Shown here one piece after another: positions 28,291 through 35,801 of a stretch of 64,000 nucleotides of DNA. Each line of letters starts with the position of its first letter. Positions within the stretch are counted from its first letter, which is position 1. Position numbers and translations under genes: made by a program. The DNA comes from Chthonomonas calidirosea (GTDB lineage Bacteria; Armatimonadota; Fimbriimonadia; Fimbriimonadales; Fimbriimonadaceae), in the NCBI GenBank assembly GCA_945859975.1, contig CAMAPH010000009.1, positions 14,598 through 78,597 of the forward strand, written 5' to 3'. The notes under the pieces were generated by a model. That model ran no database searches, was not told where the DNA came from, and saw only the letters and a list, made by a program, of their open reading frames with translations.

Positions 28291-29400
28291 ATGAACGAAT
28301 CAGCTCAGATGCCACAAAATCCGGCCCAGGCGGCCCTCGTGCTCGCTCCAATGGACGGCATCACCGATGCACCGATGCGAGCGCTCCAAGGAGAAATCGG
28401 CGCGTTCAGCTACTCGGTCACCGAGTTCTTGCGGGTAAGCATCGAGCCGCTGCCACGTAAGGTTTTCTTGCGTGACGTGCCCGAACTGAATGATCTCGGG
28501 CAAACGCCGAGCGGGCTACCGGTGCAAGTCCAGATTCTCGGCGGCGATCCTGAGCGAATGGCAATCAGCGCCGTCACCGCTTGCCGCGCCGGAGCGCACA
28601 GCATCGATATCAACTTCGGTTGCCCCGCCCCAACCGTTAACCGAAACGATGGCGGCGCTTCCCTGTTACGCCACCCAGACCGAATTCGAGAAATCGTGAG
28701 GGCAGTTCGTGACGCCGTTCCGCCCGAAATCCCCGTTTCTGCAAAGCTCCGCTTAGGCTGGGAGAGCATCGAGGACATCCATGTCAATGCCCAAATGGTG
28801 GCCGAAGGAGGAGCATCGTGGATCACCATTCACGCCCGAACAAAGGCCCAAGGCTACAACCCGCCTGTCTTTTGGAAACCCATCGGAGTTGTCAGGCGCG
28901 CGCTCGATATCCCCGTCGTCGCGAACGGCGACATTTGGACCCTTGAAGACTTCTACCGCTGCCAGGATGAAACCGGTTGTAACCGCTTCATGCTCGGACG
29001 CAGCGCCCTAGCGAACCCCAGCCTCTCCCACCAAGTTGCCCGCGAACTTGGCCTTCCTTTTGATCCGGAGCCGATTACGGATTGGCAACCACTCCTTCGT
29101 GGGTTCCTCCACTGGTGCGAGCATTACAAGGACTACCTTTCGAACCACGTGGTCAAGCGGCTAAAGCAATGGCTGAGCATTGCTTCAAGACACGGTGACT
29201 TTGCCCACTTTGACGTTCTGAAGCGGACGATTACCGTGGACGAGTTCTTCGCGCAACTTCACGCCGCCGAGGTCACCGAAAATTCGACAGAAAATGGACT
29301 GCCGAGCCCGATGGAACGCACTGCCGAAAGTCTATCGTCAGAAGCCAGTGCCAGCGTTCTGGCATCTTCGGCCGCACCAAATCGCCCATTCCGTCCGTGA
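28291..29400 (+). CDS. dusC: tRNA-dihydrouridine synthase (DusC-like)
   Basis: LAPMDG, INFGCP, SAKLRLG, IHART and ANGDIW motifs. The C-terminal tail overlaps the vWA gene. Confidence 0.9.
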   Translation: MNESAQMPQNPAQAALVLAPMDGITDAPMRALQGEIGAFSYSVTEFLRVSIEPLPRKVFLRDVPELNDLGQTPSGLPVQVQILGGDPERMAISAVTACRAGAHSIDINFGCPAPTVNRNDGGASLLRHPDRIREIVRAVRDAVPPEIPVSAKLRLGWESIEDIHVNAQMVAEGGASWITIHARTKAQGYNPPVFWKPIGVVRRALDIPVVANGDIWTLEDFYRCQDETGCNRFMLGRSALANPSLSHQVARELGLPFDPEPITDWQPLLRGFLHWCEHYKDYLSNHVVKRLKQWLSIASRHGDFAHFDVLKRTITVDEFFAQLHAAEVTENSTENGLPSPMERTAESLSSEASASVLASSAAPNRPFRP

Positions 29401-30502
29401 GCACGAACACAACATCGGGGTAAGCCCCGGGTAACTCGTTCACGATCCATTTTTCTAGGATCGCAAAGCTCGTACCGCCACCACCTTTGATCTCCGGCTT
29501 CGCTAGGTCCAGCAAGTACACCGAGCAATCGAACGAGCATAGGATAACTTCGTATTCTTTTTTGTGCAATGAAGCGGCAACGGCAAAGAAGCGATCACGG
29601 AGATCCCAAACCGATCCGGAAGCATCGATGAAGAACACGCACTTTTGCCGATGCTTTTCGCTCTGATGCCCCGAGGACATCGAAAATCCCGGCGGAATCA
29701 CGCCATGGACGCCAGCAAATCGGCGATCCGGAAGCACCCAACCCGGAACCTTGCGCGGTTCTGAACTCCGTTTGCATTGACGGCGCACGATCGACTCCCA
29801 AGGAATTTTGGGCGGAGCTGGCTGGGCGACCTTCATGGTAATGCCAACGATCTGATCGCCGCGCTCCACCGTCTTTTCGACTTCGCGTCCTAACCCTGAG
29901 ATCAAATCCTCCAACATTCCCGAGCCGAGGTCCTGGAGTAGCGCATCGACTTCCTTCGCAGCACGAGGATTGCTGAGCGAACCTGTTCCGGCATCTGGCA
30001 AGAACAAATGCTGGTCCGCAAGGGCACAGAACCGCACCCGAAAACTGCGGCGGATGAGTTCATAAAACTCCTCAAAAGTGAGCGTCGAGGGCGGGATCGA
30101 ACTCGAATCCCGGAATACCGTGTCGACCCAAACCAGATTCTCCCAATCTCGAAGCAATTCGCGAACGAAGCCAAATCGAGAAATCAGTAAGTGATTCACC
30201 GCAAGGTCGGCCGCGATGTTCGCGATGTCCTGATCCGGCAAGTTCACGCTGCGAAAGCCGTGATTCAAGATCACGTGCAACATTTCGTGACACAACACGA
30301 AGTCTCGGTCATACCTCGGCAACTCTTCCCAAAATTTTGGATTGAACAGGAACTGAATCGGCTCGCCCGAGCTGCTGAACACAATCGCCGCAGTCGAGAT
30401 CGACTCGGTGAAAAGTGGCATTCCCATTTCCCAAAGCGCGGAAAAGATGTCGTGATAGCCTTCCAGCGCAATCGAGATTCCTCGAAACTCGTCGCGGGTC
30501 AC
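29273..30502 (-). CDS. HExxH metallopeptidase-like + vWA domain protein (DUF2201-like)
   Basis: CHEMLH and NIAADLAVN, then MIDAS DASGS, GGGGTSF and LTDG. Confidence 0.88.
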   Translation of the reverse strand: MTRDEFRGISIALEGYHDIFSALWEMGMPLFTESISTAAIVFSSSGEPIQFLFNPKFWEELPRYDRDFVLCHEMLHVILNHGFRSVNLPDQDIANIAADLAVNHLLISRFGFVRELLRDWENLVWVDTVFRDSSSIPPSTLTFEEFYELIRRSFRVRFCALADQHLFLPDAGTGSLSNPRAAKEVDALLQDLGSGMLEDLISGLGREVEKTVERGDQIVGITMKVAQPAPPKIPWESIVRRQCKRSSEPRKVPGWVLPDRRFAGVHGVIPPGFSMSSGHQSEKHRQKCVFFIDASGSVWDLRDRFFAVAASLHKKEYEVILCSFDCSVYLLDLAKPEIKGGGGTSFAILEKWIVNELPGAYPDVVFVLTDGMGDLVRPKMPERWHWLLTIDFRQCVPSGSAVHFLSNFR

Positions 30503-31632
30503 GTGGCAATTCTTCCGTACGGGTCAAGGGCCGCTACTTCTTCGGCGTTCAACGGGCTCACCGGACTCACCAAGGCGGGCTGCACGGAGTTCGAGAACGA
30601 CACCCCGTGCTTTCGGGCCAACTGCTCCGCCCTCTTGATGAGTCCCTCATTGCCCGCCGCACCATTCAAACTCATCAACACGTCAGAGAATTCCGTCACG
30701 TTTTCGGAGTATCGGACCACGGTGTCCAGCACTTGCGGGTTCACCATGAGCGATGCCAGCCGCTCTCGATCAAGCAAAGGTAAGAAGAAAATGCTGGCGG
30801 CCTTGGATCCCAGGATGTGTCGCAACGCCTCGCTACCCGAGTTCGGGTCTTGCATCAAACTCTTTGCACCGACTCGGTCGTTCGCTTTCAGAAGCTCACG
30901 CAGGCGATCGAAGATTGGGCCCTCTTTGAGCAGTTGGAGCAGCTTCTTTGGGTTTGAGCGTTCGGGCAAAACGTCTCGCACATCGCCGCCACACTGCACG
31001 ACAGAAACCGCGTAATCCAGCCGTCGCGGCGACACCTCGTTCTTGGTCGCATCGCTCAAGCTGTCCCACCATTCAAGTGCCCCTTTTCCAACGACGCCGT
31101 ACTTTTCGGTGAAGTACTGTGGGCAGGGTCGGTAAGGGACTTCGAGCTGAATATGAAATCGATCCCGCTGCGCCGGGTCCAGTTCCTCCGTGTCGTACTC
31201 TGTTCCCTCTCCCGGGTTGATTGCCGCCCAGATCGCGTTTAGCCGAGTGAAGCGATGGCCGTTCACGCTCTTGAACTGAAGAATTTCCATTGCGGCGTTC
31301 CGCACTTTTGCCGGGGCTCGGTTGAACTCGTCGATGAAAATCGCATCCACCTGGTCATCTGCCAACTCGGCCCGGCGGATCAGTTCCAGTACCGTGCTTC
31401 CGTCTGCCCGAAGCAACGGACGCGGCACGCCAACGAAATCCACCCAAGGATCCATCGTCGCTCCACTAAAGACAAGTATTCGCTTCCCGGCTCGTTCGAA
31501 CGCGCGTTGAACGATGCTGGTTTTGCCGACCCCGTGCCGTCCAGTCAGCAACACGTTGAGCCCATTTTCGATGCAGAACTGAAGTTTGTGCGGGTCGACT
31601 AAAGGCTTCGGAGCGTGCGTACGTGACCACAT
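30499..31632 (-). CDS. MoxR/AAA_5-type AAA+ ATPase
   Basis: Walker A GRHGVGKT, Walker B IFIDEFNR, AINP and LDPAQRDRF. GTGA coupling to the vWA gene. Confidence 0.9.
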   Translation of the reverse strand: MWSRTHAPKPLVDPHKLQFCIENGLNVLLTGRHGVGKTSIVQRAFERAGKRILVFSGATMDPWVDFVGVPRPLLRADGSTVLELIRRAELADDQVDAIFIDEFNRAPAKVRNAAMEILQFKSVNGHRFTRLNAIWAAINPGEGTEYDTEELDPAQRDRFHIQLEVPYRPCPQYFTEKYGVVGKGALEWWDSLSDATKNEVSPRRLDYAVSVVQCGGDVRDVLPERSNPKKLLQLLKEGPIFDRLRELLKANDRVGAKSLMQDPNSGSEALRHILGSKAASIFFLPLLDRERLASLMVNPQVLDTVVRYSENVTEFSDVLMSLNGAAGNEGLIKRAEQLARKHGVSFSNSVQPALVSPVSPLNAEEVAALDPYGRIAT

Positions 31633-31687
31633 GGTCGATTCATGGTACCAATCATGTGTCTACTTATTGAAGAGGAAAAAGAAGGAA

Positions 31688-31797
31688 TTATCCGGGTATT
31701 AACCGTGGAGTAGTTAGCTTGAATTTGGTGGACAAATGATCCGAGCGGTGGATAACAAAATCATGTTTTCCACAACTTTTTCCAGATGTGTGGAAAA
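31688..31797. promoter_or_regulatory. DnaA-box cluster (candidate oriC or DnaA-titration site)
   Basis: Near-consensus TTWTNCACA boxes at 31727 GGTGGACAA, 31747 GGTGGATAA, 31766 TTTTCCACA, 31778 TTTTCCAGA and 31789 TGTGGAAAA, in an AT-rich intergenic gap. Confidence 0.65.
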
Positions 31798-31801
31798 GTG
31801 A

Positions 31802-32281
31802 TTACTTCTTTTTGATCTTGTCGGTAACAAACCCGTAGCTCAGATAGAGCAACTCAAAATCTTCTAATCCTGGGTACGGATCTGCGGCGGATTGGAGTTC
31901 CGCCTGGAACGTGGTGACCACCTTTGGCGAGTCGTAAAACGCCAGTCGAACGATGCTCTCGTCTGGATTCACGACCTGAAACAGGTATGCCGTTTCGCGA
32001 AACAGGTTCTCTCGCTTGCCCTTGGATTGGATTTTTCCACCGGTTACCTTGCGGATTTTCTCCAGGCGCGCGTCGATGATTCGCTCGACGGCACTCGGGG
32101 TTGCGGACTTCGCGTCGGTGAAGATCGTGAATCTCTCCCCCGCCGCGTTGGTGAACCGCGCCATCAGCGGGGATTCGGCGGGCTTCACCTTGATTGATTG
32201 CAGGGTCCGCGGCTTCTCGATGCGATAAAGAAAGCCTTCGCCGGTCAGAAGAATTCGGTCTTGGAGAAGAAGCGCGATCAT
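31802..32281 (-). CDS. Hypothetical protein
   Basis: 159-aa ORF coupled to the rluB stop (TAATG). Confidence 0.7.
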   Translation of the reverse strand: MIALLLQDRILLTGEGFLYRIEKPRTLQSIKVKPAESPLMARFTNAAGERFTIFTDAKSATPSAVERIIDARLEKIRKVTGGKIQSKGKRENLFRETAYLFQVVNPDESIVRLAFYDSPKVVTTFQAELQSAADPYPGLEDFELLYLSYGFVTDKIKKK

Positions 32282-33042
32282 TAGTCAACCGGAAGGCCAA
32301 CGAGTTTCTTCAACTCGTCAACTTCCTTCTTACCCAGCAGACGAACTTCGCCTGGGTGCATTCCTTTGATTTTCAGCGGCCCGATTCGCACGCGGCGCAA
32401 CGTAATGACCGGATGTCCAACCGCCTCGCACATCAAGCGCACCTGACGCTTGCGGCCTTCGTGAATGATAATCCGCAAGCTGGTGGTTCCGGCTTTGGCT
32501 TCGGCGTGAATGACCGTGACGTCGGCAGGAGCGGTCTTGCCGCCCTCGATGAAGACGCCCTTTCGCAACCGGTTGATCGCCTTATCGTCAGGAATCCCGG
32601 TCACAACCGTCATGTATTCCTTTTCGACGCCATAGCGCGGGTGGGTCAAGCGGTGGGCGAGTTCGCCGTCGCTGGTGCAAAGGAGGAGTCCTTCCGACTC
32701 TTTGTCGAGCCGTCCAACCGGCTTTACGACTGCCGCCATTTCGGGAAGAAACTTCGTGATCGTCGCTCGCCCCTGCGGGTCGCGCATCGTCGTGATGATG
32801 CCTTTTGGCTTGTTCATCAGAACGGTCAGCAACCGCGTCGGAGGTCGAATCACTTCGCCGTCGACGGCAACCTCGTCGTCTAGACTCACCTTAACGCCGA
32901 CCGTCTTGATCTGCTCGCCATTCACAGAGACGCGTCCCTGCAGGATCAGCTCTTCGGCTTTTCGCCGACTGCAAAGTCCAGAGTGAGCAATTCGAACGTG
33001 TATCCGTTCGAGATCAGACGAATTTTCTTTTTCTGCGGCCAT
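32281..33042 (-). CDS. rluB: rRNA pseudouridine synthase (RsuA/RluB family)
   Basis: S4 domain (GLCSRRKAE), NKPKG, VGRLD and EGRKRQVR motifs; lies in the scpAB operon. Confidence 0.92.
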   Translation of the reverse strand: MAAEKENSSDLERIHVRIAHSGLCSRRKAEELILQGRVSVNGEQIKTVGVKVSLDDEVAVDGEVIRPPTRLLTVLMNKPKGIITTMRDPQGRATITKFLPEMAAVVKPVGRLDKESEGLLLCTSDGELAHRLTHPRYGVEKEYMTVVTGIPDDKAINRLRKGVFIEGGKTAPADVTVIHAEAKAGTTSLRIIIHEGRKRQVRLMCEAVGHPVITLRRVRIGPLKIKGMHPGEVRLLGKKEVDELKKLVGLPVD

Positions 33043-34198
33043 AGAGGAACCGGCGTCGATTTCGATTTTGGAGAAACCAAGCTCCCCCCGCAACACCGAC
33101 GCCCAACCAGAGGGTACCGCCTAATAGAGAGTTGCCCCGGACCGGGGCCAAATCCACCGCCTCCGAAGCGAACACGGCGAACCGTTGTTCGAAGCCGTCG
33201 CTGTCCGTCCAAGTCGCCTCTCCGATCTTCTGCTTCTTGAGAATCGGACCCTTTAGATCGGGCAAAGTATCGATTTTCAGCGTGCCCTCGGTCTTGCCTG
33301 GGCGAACGATGGAGACGATATTGATGCCCGACATTGCGGGAATCGGCTTTTCTAGTCCCGCCAGCTCAATCTCCCCAACTGGCGCGCCAGCCCGAAACAC
33401 AACCTGACGGTCGAAGTTCTTGTACACCCACTTCAGCATCGCGGCGTGGTCCACGATCCATTCCTCGCTGCCCAGGATTGCCGTTATCACTCTGAAGCTC
33501 TCGCGCGTTGCACTGCCAACGTAACAACTCTTTGCCGCCTTCGTGTAGCCCGTTTTAATGCCATCGGCGGAGGGATCTTTGCCCAAGTACTTGTTTCGAT
33601 TGACCATCCAAAGGTCTTTTGCGTTGATCGAGCGAGCGATGCGGGTTTTCTTGGTGCGAACGACTTCCCTAAAAAGAGGATATTTCATTGCCGCCCTCGC
33701 CATCAGCGTCAAGTCGCTTGCCGACGTCACGTGACCTTCATCTGGCAATCCGTTCGGATTCGTAAAATTCGTGTTCGCGCAACCCAACTGCTCGGCTTTG
33801 CGATTCATGAGGTCCGCGAAGTTCGGAACAGATCCGGCCACGTGGTAGGCCACTGCCACGCATCCGTCGTTCGCTGACCGCAACATTAGGGCATAGAGCA
33901 TGTCCTTCACCCGGACCTTCTCGCCGGTTTTTAGATGCATGCTGCTCGGCTCGATGTATTCGACCCCCGGCGGAGCGGTGATGATCTCTCCCGGCGTGGA
34001 GTGCTCCAACAATAGCATCGCCGTCATGATCTTGGTGGTACTGGCCGGGAACATCGGGCTGTTCACGTTTCGACCCCACAGGACCTTTCCGGAAGCTTCG
34101 TCGACAATGATCGCGCTTGGGGCGTCTACCACCGGGCCAGAGATCGCTGGGCCGGAAATTGCTTGCCCGATCATCAAAGCCGTCAAGATCGAAGCCAT
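33014..34198 (-). CDS. D-alanyl-D-alanine carboxypeptidase (S11)
   Basis: PASTTK, SAN, NPNGL and KTG motifs, C-terminal transmembrane helix. Confidence 0.93.
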   Translation of the reverse strand: MASILTALMIGQAISGPAISGPVVDAPSAIIVDEASGKVLWGRNVNSPMFPASTTKIMTAMLLLEHSTPGEIITAPPGVEYIEPSSMHLKTGEKVRVKDMLYALMLRSANDGCVAVAYHVAGSVPNFADLMNRKAEQLGCANTNFTNPNGLPDEGHVTSASDLTLMARAAMKYPLFREVVRTKKTRIARSINAKDLWMVNRNKYLGKDPSADGIKTGYTKAAKSCYVGSATRESFRVITAILGSEEWIVDHAAMLKWVYKNFDRQVVFRAGAPVGEIELAGLEKPIPAMSGINIVSIVRPGKTEGTLKIDTLPDLKGPILKKQKIGEATWTDSDGFEQRFAVFASEAVDLAPVRGNSLLGGTLWLGVGVAGGAWFLQNRNRRRFLYGRRKRKFV

Positions 34199-34206
34199 AG
34201 CAAAAC

Positions 34207-34743
34207 TTACCGCGCCGCCGCGTCCGTCGGTTCCGGCAGGGCCGGCAACCCCTCGCTGACCGGAGGCAAATCGCCGAGGTCCTTCATCTTGAATTGGTGC
34301 AGAAACTCGTCCGTGGTCCCGTAAAGGATCGGGCGTCCGGGAGTTTGTCGCTTGCCCTTCTCTTCGATCAGTCGTCGTTCAAGCAACGCTCGGACGCCAT
34401 AGTCGCAACTGACGCCGCGAATGACCTCCAGTTCGCCGGTGGTAATCGGCTGCCGATACGCAATCACCGCCAAAACCTCCATCAGGCTTCGGCTCAGCTT
34501 CGAAGCTTGCGGCTTGAGGAAGGCCGCAATGTCCGCCGCGTAAGCCTTCTTGGTACTCAGTTGCCAGCCTCCGGCGAGCTTCACGAGTTGGATCGGTCCA
34601 CGGTCATGCAACTGAGCTTCCAGTATTTCCAGAGCCTGCTCCACTTGCCCCTCCGTGAGCTGCAACGCGAGCGCCATTGTCTGGGCCGGGGCCGGAGCGT
34701 CAGCAACAAAGAGCAATGCGAGAACGCGGTCGACCGGCGTCAA
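34207..34743 (-). CDS. scpB: SMC-Scp complex subunit ScpB
   Basis: EVLAVIAYRQPIT, IRGV and GRPILYGTTDEFL motifs. Confidence 0.95.
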   Translation of the reverse strand: MTPVDRVLALLFVADAPAPAQTMALALQLTEGQVEQALEILEAQLHDRGPIQLVKLAGGWQLSTKKAYAADIAAFLKPQASKLSRSLMEVLAVIAYRQPITTGELEVIRGVSCDYGVRALLERRLIEEKGKRQTPGRPILYGTTDEFLHQFKMKDLGDLPPVSEGLPALPEPTDAAAR

Positions 34744-35534
34744 TCGAACACCACCTTTGCCTTTGGTGCCTGGTTTCGAGCGAAAACGGGTTCTTCGTCC
34801 AGCAGCTTCACCTCTGCATCGCCCTGGCGCACAAGCTCAAGCAGGGCCAAGAACCAATAGACACAATCCGTTCGGGTGGCTGATTCTCCAAAAACGCAAG
34901 TAAGCGACTGCCATTCGCCGCTGAGTCGATCCAGAACAACCTGCATCTCCTCATTCAAGGATCGCCGAGGCTTGCTGAGCAGCGGCATTTCCTGCGGACG
35001 AGCTCGGTCTAGAACGCGCTGAAATGCCCGGGACAAGTCCGAAGCACTGACGTTTGCCAGTTGGTACGGCAATTCATAAGTGCCGGGTCCAGCATCGGGG
35101 CTTCGGAAGAACCACTCCGACCGCTCCTCTTGCCAGGCGGTCAAGACTTCCATCGCCATCGCAAAGTCTCCAATGGAACTCGGCTCTGGTTCGTACGAAT
35201 CCTCGTACATGTCCGGCTCGGGTTCTTCTTGCGGAAGCAAGAGCCAGGCTTTGCGCTCTAGCAGGTACGCGAGGGCGGCTAGGGCCGCAGCGGCCTCGTC
35301 AAAGTCGGCATCCGGCAGATTCAAGAGGTAATGGAAATAGGCCTCGCAAACCGGCGCGAGCGGGATATCCAGCAGGTCAACCCGATGGTCGCGAACGCAA
35401 GAGAAGAGCATCGCCAGCGAGCCATCGAAAACGGGCGTTGAAATGTGAATCGGCGGTGGAGCAACCACGCCAAGCGCCGTAACCGAATGACTTGGCCGGT
35501 CAAGACTTTCCAAGGTTTCAGATCGGGGAGCCAT
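34740..35534 (-). CDS. scpA: Segregation/condensation protein A (kleisin)
   Basis: FDGSL...DIPL, KAWLLLP and FLALLEL motifs; directly upstream of scpB. Confidence 0.9.
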   Translation of the reverse strand: MAPRSETLESLDRPSHSVTALGVVAPPPIHISTPVFDGSLAMLFSCVRDHRVDLLDIPLAPVCEAYFHYLLNLPDADFDEAAAALAALAYLLERKAWLLLPQEEPEPDMYEDSYEPEPSSIGDFAMAMEVLTAWQEERSEWFFRSPDAGPGTYELPYQLANVSASDLSRAFQRVLDRARPQEMPLLSKPRRSLNEEMQVVLDRLSGEWQSLTCVFGESATRTDCVYWFLALLELVRQGDAEVKLLDEEPVFARNQAPKAKVVFD

Positions 35535-35623
35535 CCTGCCCTTGTTTGGACGACTCACTGGGTTCGAAAGCCGCAGAAATCAAGCGGCCGAAGCGAGAGA
35601 AGGTTGGGTTGGCGAGGGAGAAG

Positions 35624-35700
35624 TGGAGGTGCCGGGCGGATTCGAACCGCCGAATAACGGTTTTGCAGACCGTCCCCTTGGGCCACTTGGGCACGGCACC
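35624..35700 (-). tRNA. tRNA-Cys(GCA)
   Basis: Reverse complement GGTGCCG...ACGGT-CTGCAAA-ACCGT...GGCGG-TTCGAAT-CCGCC-CGGCACC-T-CCA. Confidence 0.97.
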
Positions 35701-35710
35701 AACCAAACTG

Positions 35711-35716
35711 ATTATA
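35711..35716 (-). promoter_or_regulatory. -10 box for tRNA-Cys and possibly the scpAB operon
   Basis: Perfect TATAAT 10 nt upstream of the tRNA. Confidence 0.6.
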
Positions 35717-35801
35717 GCCCCGACGCTGACGGAGAGTTTGAATCCGAACTTAAACGTCCCGAATCTTTCGTTCCGCCTTCGATCCTTAGCTCATGGCGGG
35801 C

